A stretch of 64,000 nt of DNA from the NCBI GenBank assembly GCA_965248535.1, contig CBDFJR010000005.1:416001-480000 (forward strand). Direction: 5' to 3'. This document shows positions 39,648-49,286 of this stretch, in pieces. A model generated the notes under the pieces. It had not been told where the DNA came from, made no database searches, and worked only from the letters and a program-made list of their open reading frames with translations. A program made the position numbers and the translations under genes. Within the stretch, counting starts at the first letter, position 1. Each line of letters starts with the position of its first letter. Origin of the DNA: Phormidesmis sp. (GTDB lineage Bacteria; Cyanobacteriota; Cyanobacteriia; Leptolyngbyales; Leptolyngbyaceae).

Positions 39648-40490
39648 ATGGACTTATCACACCCGACTATTCAACGATTTAGAAAGTCACAGTTTGGCAA
39701 GATTGGGCTGGGCTTGACGATCGCTCTCCTAATCTTGGCGCTGTTGGCTCCCGTTTTGCGGCCCTATGATGTCTCGGTTGACCAGAGCTATGTCACCCGA
39801 TTAATCGCGCCGAGTGCGGCTCACTGGTTGGGCACTGATGGGCTAGGGCGAGATCTCTTAACCCTGGTGTGGTATGGCATTCGCACATCGCTGCTGATCA
39901 GTTTAGTGTCGGTGAGTTTTGGGGCTAGCCTTGGCTTGGGGTTGGGGTTGATGGCGGGTTATTTTGGCGGTTGGCTAGACACGATCGTGGGCTGGTTTAC
40001 CGATATTTTGCTGGCGTTTCCGTCGATTTTGTTGGCGATCGTGATTGTGACGGTGACGAGTCCGAGTGTGCAAAGTGTGATCATTGCGGTGGGTGTGGTG
40101 CAGATTCCGATCTATGTGAGGCTGACTCGCAGTGTGGTGCTCTCTCTGCGAGAACAGGAGTTTGTGCAGGCTGCTAGAGCTTTGGGCGCAACTGCGATCG
40201 GGATTATCTGGCGGCATATTTTGCCTGCGAGTCTGTCGCCGCTGGTGGTGCAGGCGGCGCTTTCGACGGGCACAGCGACTCTAGAAGCAGCCGGATTGGG
40301 GTTTTTGGGTTTGGGGGCACAACCGCCCACCCCTGAGCTAGGAACGATGCTGGCAGATGCGTTTAAGGGGGGCTATGCGCTCTCTGCGCCTTGGACGACG
40401 ATTTTTCCGGGTTTGATGATTACGCTGATGGTGTTGGCGTTTAATCTCTTGGGCGATGGGCTGCGAGATGGGCTAGACCCTCGATCTTAG
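39648..40490 (+). CDS. Peptide/nickel ABC permease (DppC/OppC-like)
   Basis: HWLGTDGLGRD, EFVQAARALGA, FNLLGDGLRD. Confidence 0.92.
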   Translation: MDLSHPTIQRFRKSQFGKIGLGLTIALLILALLAPVLRPYDVSVDQSYVTRLIAPSAAHWLGTDGLGRDLLTLVWYGIRTSLLISLVSVSFGASLGLGLGLMAGYFGGWLDTIVGWFTDILLAFPSILLAIVIVTVTSPSVQSVIIAVGVVQIPIYVRLTRSVVLSLREQEFVQAARALGATAIGIIWRHILPASLSPLVVQAALSTGTATLEAAGLGFLGLGAQPPTPELGTMLADAFKGGYALSAPWTTIFPGLMITLMVLAFNLLGDGLRDGLDPRS

Positions 40491-40578
40491 AGGATGTTTG
40501 AAACGTATCGAAAGTTTCTTCGCTGCGTTGCCGTCACGGGCGGGTTGTGCGAGCAACGACTACTTTTCAAACAGCCTC
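40490..40578. mobile_element. 89-bp MITE-like element with 14-bp terminal inverted repeats
   Basis: GAGGATGTTTGAAA ... TTTCAAACAGCCTC (1 mismatch); flanks TTA and TGA. Confidence 0.6.
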
Positions 40579-40621
40579 TGAGATTTTAGGCGTTGGCAGA
40601 GTTGAGACGGGGTGACTGGTT

Positions 40622-43600
40622 TCAGGCGGTCTTTTGCAGTTCGACAAATTGCCAACGGGTTACGCTTACTTCGTCGGTGCGGCAAATGACGTAGCCAAAG
40701 AATTCTAATCGTTCTAGGTTTTCTTTGATTGCTTTTTTTGCTCTGCTACCGCCTTTAAACTGGGCTGCGATTTGCTCTACTGTCCATTCACCTTGGCTGG
40801 TGCTGAGAAGTTCTTGAATGGCGGCGAGTTGTTCTTTGGGTTGCTTTGACCAGGTTTTTTGCTCGGCAGGCTCGATCGCGACCGTTTCTGGTTCCATCAC
40901 CCCAGTTAAGGTCTGCTGTACCTGCACTTCGCCGGGAGCCTGATAGTCAGGACGCAGCCACCGGACTAAGCCGTTGCGCTCTTCTTCGGCACGATCGGCG
41001 TTAAGTGCGACTAGTTTTTCGAGAATCTCGTCGTCGCTGAGGGTGGGCTGCCAGCCGTAAGCCTCAAACACAGCACTGTCAAGGTCATCGTGAATTTGCT
41101 TGAGGGTGGAGACTAGGGCTTTGTCGTTGTAGGTGCGATCGCTATCCGTAAACGGTTCTCCCCGACGAAGCTTTTCTAACAGGTTATACATTCCGGTAAT
41201 CGTGACATCGGGATGTTGTGTTTGAACTCGCTTCCGATGCGCGTCTAGCTTTTCGCCCAATTCACGAATCTTCTGCTCCTGTTCTAGGGTAGGAGTTGGG
41301 AAGGGAAAGGTATTAAAGCAAGCATCGTGGAAGTACCTTGGAGTATTTCCTCCCAAATCGCTTCGGGCGGATAATGCCCAAGCTGAGTGAATAGTTGAGG
41401 AGAGGATACCCAAAGCAAAAGCGTCATCCAAACCAATACAGATTACTTCCGTTTCACAAAGAGCTTCGACCTCAGAGAAGAAAAAACATCTATGCTTCGC
41501 TGTTCTGCCAGTGACTACATATCTGTCTAATCCTGAAATAGCCTTCTTTAATATTTCATTGCTTCTTCGATATTGCCACCATTTCTCTCGGAGCCGCTGA
41601 TCATTGTTTACCGCTCTAACAGATTTCACATGATCAACTAAATGTTGATAAATGTACGGACTAATTGACATTAAATCATTTTCGTTTTCTATGTGATTTA
41701 CATCAATTACAAACTCTAAGTTTCTACCTTTTACTAAGTGGCTCAATTTTTTGAATGGTCGTATTAGGCTTTGCTCCCGTATCCCAAACTCACTTTTCAC
41801 TACGGTAAATCCTAAGCACCCAGGCTCGAAACCTTTTGCTGCCAGGTTGAAATTAGCTCGTAGTTGAATTGCATCATTCGCACTGAGAGAGGATTGTAAA
41901 GATGAAGTTATAAACTTAACTGTTGAATAGCTTATTTCCCATTCGTGCAATGTTCCTTTTTTTGAAGATTTTCCTAAAAGAGGCATTTGTGATGATTTTG
42001 TCTTCTCTAACTCTGCCCCAGTCATAGCAACTGTGACAGCAGCATCACCACCTTCTAGCCAAGGATGATCTGGTATTGCAAAGAATAGACGAATTGGTTC
42101 TTTGTGCTGCTGATGAAATTCAATTACTACCCGCTGTCTTTCTTGTCTAATCGTGTTAGTTGTAATCAAGCCAAATCGATGTGTCTTTCTTTCCTGTAGT
42201 GTTTTTGCCGACTTGTGCCACCAATACATTACATAGTCAACAGTTGCTGGAATATCAGAATAGACTTCTCTTACAGTCTCGGCATATCCATCTCCTAGAA
42301 GTTCTCGCATATCTGAATTTGCAATAAACGGAGGATTTGAGACAATATAATCTGCTTCTTGCCACTCAGCCGATCGTGCATTGATATAGCGATAAATTGG
42401 AGTTTGATCACTCGGATCAGGCACATCTTCACCCGTCACCGGATGTTTCATCGTGCGACCACCCCACCGAGTTTTAACCTTTCCCGTCTTAGGGTCGATC
42501 GCCTCTTCCTTCCCGTCATACGCCAGCACCGCATCTCGATGTTCAATATTGTGGAAGTTTTGCAAAACAGGTTCAGGCGGCGGCGTAGTGCCATAGCGTT
42601 TGAAGTGCCATTGCAGATAACCAATCCAGATGACAAGTTCGGCGATCGCCGCCGCTCTAGGGTTAACCTCAATGCCCAAAAACTGAGACGGGTTAACCTG
42701 CTCAGTCTCTAGCTGCACCGCCCCCACCACATCCACCAATCGCTGCACCACCTCAGCTTCTAGCGTCTTCAGCAAATCCAGCGTCACATACAAAAAGTTG
42801 CCCGATCCACACGCCGGGTCAAGAATCTTGACTTCCCGCAAACGCTTAACAAAAGCGCGAATCTCCGTCTCCGCCTTCTTTTTTTGGGCAGTCGTTGACT
42901 CCTCTTGTCCCTCATCAAGCTTGAGCAAGCGATCGACCTCCATCTCCACCTGCTGCCACTCTTGCCTAATCGGGTCAATCACCACCGGACGCACTAAGCG
43001 CTCCACATACGATCGGGGCGTATAGTGCGCCCCCAATCGGCTCCGCTCTTTAGTGTCAAGGGCACGCTCTAACAACGTGCCAAAAATCGCAGGCTCCACC
43101 TGGCTCCAATCCTTATCCGCCGCCCTAAACAACGTTTCTAACTGCTCCTTGGGCAACTCAAACGCCGTCGCATCCGCAAAAAAGCTGCCGTTAAATCGCA
43201 AAATTCGCTCAAATCCAAAACTACCGCCCGTGTTCATCGTCTGCCACAGAGCTTCAATCTCTGGCTTAAAGCGTCTAGGGTCAGCAATCCACCGCTCATT
43301 TAAAGCGGTCTTAAACACGTCTCTCGGCAATAGCTCCACATCCTCCGCAAACATAGTAAAAATGCAGCGCATCAAAAAATTAGCCACCTCATGCGGATCG
43401 TGCTGCTGCTCCTCAAGCCACTTCGCCAGTTTTGCCAACTCTGCGGCAACATCCCGCGTCACCCGTGCCCGATATTTTTCTGGGTTTAAACTCTGTGGAT
43501 CAGCAAAAATCGCCACAAATCGATCAAACACCTCCGGCCTCAAAAGATCATCAAGATCGAGCCGCTCTCTCGCGCCATACCCGATCGTGTAGCTGCCGTT

Positions 43601-44035
43601 AAAATCCATCCATAGCTCAAAGTGAGAACCGATATCACACGTCATCAGAAACGGCGGCTTGACATCCAGTTGCTTGACATACGCCCGCGCCTGAAAAAAT
43701 GCCTTCTCCATCGCCTTACGATACGTCTCCGTTCCCCGCTTTGCCGTGCCCTTGCCCGATAGATCGCTGCCCTGCTTCGCCTCAACCAGCAGATGCCCTT
43801 CTTTATAAAAATCAGCAAACCGAGTCGTCGAGTCACGATCGCTGTGAAAAAACTTGATTTCCTTATCAAAACAGTAAGGATCGCCAGAAACATTTCCCTT
43901 GGGTGGCGGAGCCATAACCCCCAACGCATCACACAAGTCACGAAAAAAATTCTGATAGTTGGCGCGCTCATTTCCCTGAGAGCCTCTCCAAGTGGTCAGA
44001 AACTGCTGAATTCGCTGGATGTCTTCTGGCTTCAT
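40622..44035 (-). CDS. MmeI-like Type IIL/IIG restriction-modification enzyme (nuclease + m6A methyltransferase + target recognition domain)
   Basis: N-terminal ADFYKEGHLLVEAK PD-ExK; IFGTLLE, GAHYTP, ILDPACGSGNFL, NPPF; C-terminal FPFP...LDSAVFEAYGW. Confidence 0.9.
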   Translation of the reverse strand: MKPEDIQRIQQFLTTWRGSQGNERANYQNFFRDLCDALGVMAPPPKGNVSGDPYCFDKEIKFFHSDRDSTTRFADFYKEGHLLVEAKQGSDLSGKGTAKRGTETYRKAMEKAFFQARAYVKQLDVKPPFLMTCDIGSHFELWMDFNGSYTIGYGARERLDLDDLLRPEVFDRFVAIFADPQSLNPEKYRARVTRDVAAELAKLAKWLEEQQHDPHEVANFLMRCIFTMFAEDVELLPRDVFKTALNERWIADPRRFKPEIEALWQTMNTGGSFGFERILRFNGSFFADATAFELPKEQLETLFRAADKDWSQVEPAIFGTLLERALDTKERSRLGAHYTPRSYVERLVRPVVIDPIRQEWQQVEMEVDRLLKLDEGQEESTTAQKKKAETEIRAFVKRLREVKILDPACGSGNFLYVTLDLLKTLEAEVVQRLVDVVGAVQLETEQVNPSQFLGIEVNPRAAAIAELVIWIGYLQWHFKRYGTTPPPEPVLQNFHNIEHRDAVLAYDGKEEAIDPKTGKVKTRWGGRTMKHPVTGEDVPDPSDQTPIYRYINARSAEWQEADYIVSNPPFIANSDMRELLGDGYAETVREVYSDIPATVDYVMYWWHKSAKTLQERKTHRFGLITTNTIRQERQRVVIEFHQQHKEPIRLFFAIPDHPWLEGGDAAVTVAMTGAELEKTKSSQMPLLGKSSKKGTLHEWEISYSTVKFITSSLQSSLSANDAIQLRANFNLAAKGFEPGCLGFTVVKSEFGIREQSLIRPFKKLSHLVKGRNLEFVIDVNHIENENDLMSISPYIYQHLVDHVKSVRAVNNDQRLREKWWQYRRSNEILKKAISGLDRYVVTGRTAKHRCFFFSEVEALCETEVICIGLDDAFALGILSSTIHSAWALSARSDLGGNTPRYFHDACFNTFPFPTPTLEQEQKIRELGEKLDAHRKRVQTQHPDVTITGMYNLLEKLRRGEPFTDSDRTYNDKALVSTLKQIHDDLDSAVFEAYGWQPTLSDDEILEKLVALNADRAEEERNGLVRWLRPDYQAPGEVQVQQTLTGVMEPETVAIEPAEQKTWSKQPKEQLAAIQELLSTSQGEWTVEQIAAQFKGGSRAKKAIKENLERLEFFGYVICRTDEVSVTRWQFVELQKTA

Positions 44036-44043
44036 TGCGTCAC

Positions 44044-44120
44044 CGGGAAACCCAATCCCCTTGCGGGTTGGGAGGGATAGGTGCGCGGGTCAAGGGGTTC
44101 AACGCCCCGCAGACTCGCAC
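44044..44120 (+). mobile_element. Probable left end of an IS200/IS605-family element
   Basis: CGGGAAACCCAATCCCCTTGCGGGTTGGG subterminal hairpin preceded by TCAC, upstream of a tnpB remnant. Confidence 0.5.
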
Positions 44121-44126
44121 TTCTTA

Positions 44127-44166
44127 CTCAGTTGCCTGCGACGGGAAACCCGTCTTCAGCACTGAG
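44127..44166. repeat. 40-bp structured small dispersed repeat-like element
   Basis: Outer stem CTCAGT/ACTGAG, inner stem GACGGG-AAA-CCCGTC; resembles cyanobacterial SDR5-type repeats. Confidence 0.5.
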
Positions 44167-44224
44167 CGCTAAATCTCTGCAAATGCCAGATAAGACCAGC
44201 CCTCTATGATCGTAGTGTATCTGT

Positions 44225-44594
44225 ATACAGAGAACGATTCGCATCCAACTCAAACCCGACATCGAAACGGCTGGTGTGCTGACTCAAACAATTGAGCAAT
44301 ACACCTAGTCGTTCAATGCCGTGTCTCAGCATGGATGGGACAACGACTTGGCAAATGGCGTAGAGTTGCACAAAGCAACCTACTATGACCATCGCGCTCA
44401 AACTGGACTTCCTGCTCAATTGGTCTGTGCCGCACGAGTCAAAGCAACCGAGGCTTTGAAATCTGCCAAGACCCTGAAAAAGAAGGGCAAGACGGTTAAC
44501 TGCCCCACCTCGAAACGCTGCCCCATTCGCTACGATGCTCGGTCTTACACGATCTGGTTTGACCGCTCGAAAGTGACGATTCTTAGCCTCAATG
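44225..44594 (+). pseudogene. tnpB: tnpB (IS605 OrfB) 5' fragment, inactivated and truncated
   Basis: (ATA)QRTIRIQLKP...IEQYT*SFNAV...LHKATYY...LPAQLVCAARVKA...PIRYDARSY; ATA at start position, TAG at 44306-44308, no RuvC or zinc finger. Confidence 0.8.
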
Positions 44595-44866
44595 CATCTT
44601 TGCTTTCGCTACTCATGGGTTCTTGCTAAAGGGATTACCCACTGAGGCTGTTAGTTACCGTCTTTCGCCCCGCTTTATCGGTTTGATGGCTAGTCTCCTC
44701 CATAGGGGTCGTGCTTTCACCGCTGCACCTACGGGGTAGGACTTGGGAATGTCACCCTCACCTACATGGCTATCAAGTTGCCAAGGTTCGGTCGGGATTG
44801 CTCCCTTCTTTGTCCTTGCCAGTCGTCCTTGAGTATTCCTACTCATTTAGACTGAACGAATCGCAG
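44595..44866 (-). mobile_element. 5' fragment (domain I) of a group II intron
   Basis: Minus strand begins CTGCGATTCGTTCAGTCT, like cyanobacterial IIB 5' ends (G/T)TGCGATTCG; GAAA-loop motifs GGTGAAAGC, GGCGAAAGAC, AGCGAAAGC; no domain V or RT ORF. Confidence 0.65.
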
Positions 44867-44909
44867 CATCCCCTTGTGGGTGGGGTGGTTGCCAGGCTGG
44901 CGATTTCCT

Positions 44910-45470
44910 TTATTCCCCAACCTTTCGGACAATGCGACACGGGTTGCCTACTGCTACTACCCCTTCTGGGATATCCTTCGTCACAACACTGCCAGCGCCG
45001 ACTACCGATCGCGCCCCAATTCGCACTCCAGGGCAAATAATTGCACCGCCCCCTACCCAAACGTCATCGCCGATCGCGATCGCGCTGCCCAATTCTAGCC
45101 CCAGCCTGCGCTTTGCTGCACTCAAGGGATGGGTTGCCCCATAAATCTGTACGGCAGGCCCAAACAGCACACCAGACCCAATCAGAATTGGCGCGACATC
45201 GAGAATGACACAGTTGAAGTTAAAGAAAACCTTGTCGCCGATCGTGATATTGCTCCCATAGTCGCAGTAAAAAGGGGGTTCTATCCAGATACCTTGCCCC
45301 GTCGCAGGCATCAATTCTTTGATCAGACGATCGCGTTCCTCTTGTTGGTCATCGCCTGTGTCATTGAGTGCCTTTAACAGCAGCCGAGCACGTCGGCGCT
45401 CGGCTAAGAGTTGCGGATCGAGAGGGTCATAAAGTTCGCCCCCCAGCATCTTTTCCTTCTCACTTCTCAT
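44910..45470 (-). CDS. maa: Sugar (maltose-type) O-acetyltransferase
   Basis: EKEKMLGGELY, PPFYCDYGSNI, hexapeptide repeats, GAGSVVTKD, GNPCR. Confidence 0.88.
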   Translation of the reverse strand: MRSEKEKMLGGELYDPLDPQLLAERRRARLLLKALNDTGDDQQEERDRLIKELMPATGQGIWIEPPFYCDYGSNITIGDKVFFNFNCVILDVAPILIGSGVLFGPAVQIYGATHPLSAAKRRLGLELGSAIAIGDDVWVGGGAIICPGVRIGARSVVGAGSVVTKDIPEGVVAVGNPCRIVRKVGE

Positions 45471-45961
45471 AATCTCTCTAAAGCCCCTGATTTCCTCTCA
45501 GACTGACGACAACGTTGATCGGCCAAGCAACCTAGAACGTAGACCAAAAGGCTGCAAGCCGCTGCTCCAACAACTGGTTAGACTATGGCTCACAAGTAAA
45601 TCGAAGGTTGGCACCTCGCGATCGCTCCTAGTAGTCTGTCAAGGCTATTTTGAGGGGTAGCTAGAGTCTGCAACTCCTGACTGAAGTCAGCTTTTAAGAG
45701 AATCTATCCCTCAATTAAAAATTGACATTCTACTAGGGTGACCAGTTAACAAGAATGATCTGCGTAACGACTACTCGCCCATTTATTCGTCATTGTAATA
45801 GCGTTCAACCACCTGCAACCCTTGACGTTATTCAATTCTTATATTGCTGTCGTAAGTCTACAGACAGATTTGAATTAAGGGGTGTTTCAACGAGATTTGC
45901 TACCCTCATTGCTGCTTGAGGCTCTAAGATCAAGCCAGTGCTGTGGTTATTAGCTTTTCTA

Positions 45962-46465
45962 ATGGTTCAATATACGCTTGCTCAAAGTCCCGAAGTCATT
46001 CTCACCGTTTCAGGTAAAGACTCTGCAAAAGCCCGTGAAAAGGCCATGGATCAACTCATGGAATTGATGGATGACGGTAAACTGCCCACTGAGCTAACCG
46101 AGGGCTTCAGTCCGAAACAATTTATTGAAGTTAAAGATCCCGGTGCGATCGCCGCTAGTGATGAAGAGTCCCTCAATCAAGCCGTCCAAATTCTCAGCAG
46201 TCTTGCCACCCTCAAACTCAAGGTTCAAGAGTCTCGCACTGAGGCGCTAGAAGTGCGAGAGCAGCTTGATATTCTATTCTCAGATGATTTTGTGAGTGAA
46301 GAAGAGGTCACTCAACTTAAAGATGGCTTCAAAGTCCTCAAAACCTATGCTCAAGCAAATTTGCGCTATCGAGAAGCTCGTGCCCAAGCAGAAGCAGCTC
46401 GTAGGGTGTTAGATCAAGCCCTTCAGTCGCCTCCTGAGCCAAAAGCTCCCAAAGGTAAAGGATAA
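45962..46465 (+). CDS. Conserved cyanobacterial coiled-coil hypothetical protein
   Basis: MVQYTLAQSPEVILTV-GKDS start; helical composition; normal codon usage. Confidence 0.8.
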   Translation: MVQYTLAQSPEVILTVSGKDSAKAREKAMDQLMELMDDGKLPTELTEGFSPKQFIEVKDPGAIAASDEESLNQAVQILSSLATLKLKVQESRTEALEVREQLDILFSDDFVSEEEVTQLKDGFKVLKTYAQANLRYREARAQAEAARRVLDQALQSPPEPKAPKGKG

Positions 46466-46537
46466 AATTCCCGTCGCTTCTGAGTCAGCGTGAAATAGGA
46501 TAGTGGAGTCATCTTAAAAAAACTTCACATAATCATC

Positions 46538-47428
46538 GTGACTGTAGAGAAACCTTTAGCGTCGGCTGCTCTTGAAAAGCAACGTTGGGAGTGGCGGGGG
46601 CACTCAATCCACTACACGTCTGCTGGCAGTGGGCACCCTCTAGTATTGATTCATGGATTTGGAGCCTCGATCGGGCACTGGCGCAAAAATATCCCTGTTC
46701 TCGCTGCCGCCGGATATCAGGTCTTTGCCCTTGATCTGCTGGGCTTTGGCAACTCTGCGAAGCCTGCCCTCGACTACACGCTAGATCTGTGGGTGGAGAT
46801 GATTCACGATTTTTGGCGGGCAAAGATTCAGCAGCCTGCGGTTTTTGTGGGCAACTCGATCGGAGGTCTAATCTGCCTGATGATTCTCGCCGAGCACCCT
46901 GAGATGGCAGCAGGCGGAGTTTTGCTCAACGCAGCAGGTGGACTCAACCATCGCCCTGACGAGCTAAACCTGCCGCTGCGGTTGGTGATGGGCAGTTTTG
47001 CCAAACTGGTGAGTTCCAAAGCGATCGGGCCCTGGCTGTTCGATCGGGTTCGCCAAAAAGCTCGAATTCGCGGTAGCCTTCAGCAGGTTTATAAAAATCG
47101 CGCAGCCATCACTGATGAATTAGTCGATCTGCTGCATCTGCCCTCCTGTGATTTGGGCGCTCAAGCAGTGTTTGCGTCTATTTTGACTGCCCCAGCCGGG
47201 CCCAGACCAACCGAACTGCTGCCCCGCATTCAGGCCCCGCTGCTGGTGCTGTGGGGAGAATCTGACCCGTGGACTCCGATCGCGGGATCACAAATCTATC
47301 AGCAGATGACTGAAACCCATGATGTCCAATTTGTAGGCATTCCTGACACGGGGCATTGTCCCCATGACGAACGACCTGAAGTAGTCAATCCCCTAATTCT
47401 CAACTGGCTCACCGCGATCGCGCACTAG
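46538..47428 (+). CDS. Alpha/beta-fold hydrolase
   Basis: LIHGFGAS, DLLGFG, GNSIGG nucleophile elbow, GHCPHDE. Confidence 0.93.
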   Translation: MTVEKPLASAALEKQRWEWRGHSIHYTSAGSGHPLVLIHGFGASIGHWRKNIPVLAAAGYQVFALDLLGFGNSAKPALDYTLDLWVEMIHDFWRAKIQQPAVFVGNSIGGLICLMILAEHPEMAAGGVLLNAAGGLNHRPDELNLPLRLVMGSFAKLVSSKAIGPWLFDRVRQKARIRGSLQQVYKNRAAITDELVDLLHLPSCDLGAQAVFASILTAPAGPRPTELLPRIQAPLLVLWGESDPWTPIAGSQIYQQMTETHDVQFVGIPDTGHCPHDERPEVVNPLILNWLTAIAH

Positions 47429-47514
47429 TCGCTAAAATCACTCTTACTCTCAATCCTGCTGTCGAATCTGAGAGATTTTACTGAACTCTCTGCTCAGATA
47501 AAGGGCTACGCTCA

Positions 47515-48681
47515 TTGATGCACAGGATAACTCTATCAATGAGATCATCTCAACCCAGCGAAGATGAGTTTGAGGGCAAGCAGATGAATGATCAACATGA
47601 TTGCGGTCAACCAACAATGAGGGCGGAGAGTGAATTTGAGACCATCACCCCGCCAGAGCCTGACGATGCGGAGCCATCTGAGCAAGCCGAAGAGGTGCCT
47701 TCTCGCCCCTTAGACGATCGACAGCGAGCAGCCAATCGCTTCCTCAAGCAAGGAATGAGTCGATATCAGGCAGGGCAGTTTCGGTTAGCGCTGCACGATC
47801 TTCAGCAAGCCCAAACCCTTTACTTAGAGCTTGGAGACCAATCCGGGGCCCAAAAAGCGTTGAGTAGTTTGGGGTTGACCTTCTACAGCCTTGGAGATTA
47901 TCAGCAAGCGATCGACTGTTCTCAGCGCAGCCTCCCCCCGGCGCAAAAGATTGAGAACTGTCTCGGCACCGTTAAAGTGCTGGGAACCTTGGGCAACGCC
48001 TATCGGCACCTGTCTGATCACCCCAAAGCCATTGAATATCAGCAGCAGAGCCTTGGTCTGGCACGAGAGATTCATGACCGACGCGGCGAGATGGCAGCTT
48101 TAAATAATCTGGGGCTTACCCACAAAGCCTTGGGTGACCATCAATGCGCGATCGAGTCTGAGCAGCAAGCCCTGGCCATTGCTCAAGAGCTGCACGATCA
48201 GCCTGTGGCTGGTCAGATTCTCAAAAACTTAGGCAACGCTTTCTATGCCTTGAGAGACTATTCTCAAGCGATCGACTATTACAAACAGTGTTTGACGCTG
48301 GCAAACGAAGTCGGCGATCGGCGACTAGTCGGACAAATTCTTCGCAACTTGGGCAATGCGTGTTACACGGCTGGAGACCATCCTGGAGCCATTCTCTACA
48401 ATCAGCAGCGATTGTTGCTGGCTCAAGACGCGGGCGATCTACGAGTCCAAGAACAAGCTCTAGGAAGTTTAGGAGTTTCCTACGATGCGCTGGGGCAGGT
48501 TAGCCTGGCTCTCAAGTGCCATGAGCAGCGCCTTATTCTCTCACGTCAGCTTCACGATCAACGCCTCGAAGATCAGGTTTTGGCTGCCTTAAAGGTGGTG
48601 TGCTATGCCCAAGGAGACTATGGTAAAGCACACCAATATACTCAAGAGCGGATAGCGCTGTCAGAGACTAAAAACTCGTGA
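47515..48681 (+). CDS. Tetratricopeptide repeat protein (start uncertain)
   Basis: Repeated ALxxLGxxY...AIxYxQQxL units of about 40 aa. Confidence 0.9.
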   Translation: MMHRITLSMRSSQPSEDEFEGKQMNDQHDCGQPTMRAESEFETITPPEPDDAEPSEQAEEVPSRPLDDRQRAANRFLKQGMSRYQAGQFRLALHDLQQAQTLYLELGDQSGAQKALSSLGLTFYSLGDYQQAIDCSQRSLPPAQKIENCLGTVKVLGTLGNAYRHLSDHPKAIEYQQQSLGLAREIHDRRGEMAALNNLGLTHKALGDHQCAIESEQQALAIAQELHDQPVAGQILKNLGNAFYALRDYSQAIDYYKQCLTLANEVGDRRLVGQILRNLGNACYTAGDHPGAILYNQQRLLLAQDAGDLRVQEQALGSLGVSYDALGQVSLALKCHEQRLILSRQLHDQRLEDQVLAALKVVCYAQGDYGKAHQYTQERIALSETKNS

Positions 48682-49286
48682 TCTCACAAGAGAGAGTGAA
48701 TGAAATCAAGCGATAACTGGCTCAGGCAGTGACCCTGCCGTGTCATCCCTGGGTATGATTTTGGGTTTATTCAATCTGCAAGTTTAAGCCAGCCCATTGC
48801 TCGATTCGCGAGTCTGTGATTCAATAACGCTTAGGTCATATAGCTTTTTGTTAAATTAACTTGACAAAAAGACAGAATTACATGAGAAACCGAACTATTT
48901 AAAGATATATGAAGATTCTCTCTACCGGAGGGTGTTTAGGTGGAATCTACTGAATAAAAGAGGCAGTTGGAGTCAGATTAGGAATTCATCAGGTCAATAT
49001 ACTGAGAAGCTCGGATGCAATCCTCAAAGATTTAAGCATTAATTAATTGTTGATCAAATATTGTTCAAATCCACAGTCAAAAAAGCGGTTCTTTGAAGCG
49101 GACAATAGACCATCTAGGGGCGCAGGCTTTAACATTCAAAGCTTTTCACTACACCCTCAGTCTTACTCCACTGGATAGCAGTCTTAAGAGTTAAGTCATT
49201 AATATCTACAGCACAAAATCTATCTGATTTTGAGTTCCAGTTCTAGATTCAAGTCGCAAATTTACGTACCCCCTTCTAAATTTCTT

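Noticed and set aside
44044..44629. Active TnpB/Cas12-like RNA-guided nuclease system
   Set aside because: Start codon lost, internal stop, no RuvC domain, no right end or omega-RNA region
44655..45098. Short ORFs 44655-44846, 44711-45040, 44839-45060, 44874-45098
   Set aside because: Overlap the intron RNA fragment or are shadows of the acetyltransferase; no protein motifs
48682..49286. Possible sRNA or riboswitch in long intergenic regions (also 45471-45961, 20730-20950)
   Set aside because: Only weak dyads such as TTTTTGTTAA...TTGACAAAAA; nothing I can match to a known RNA family by eye
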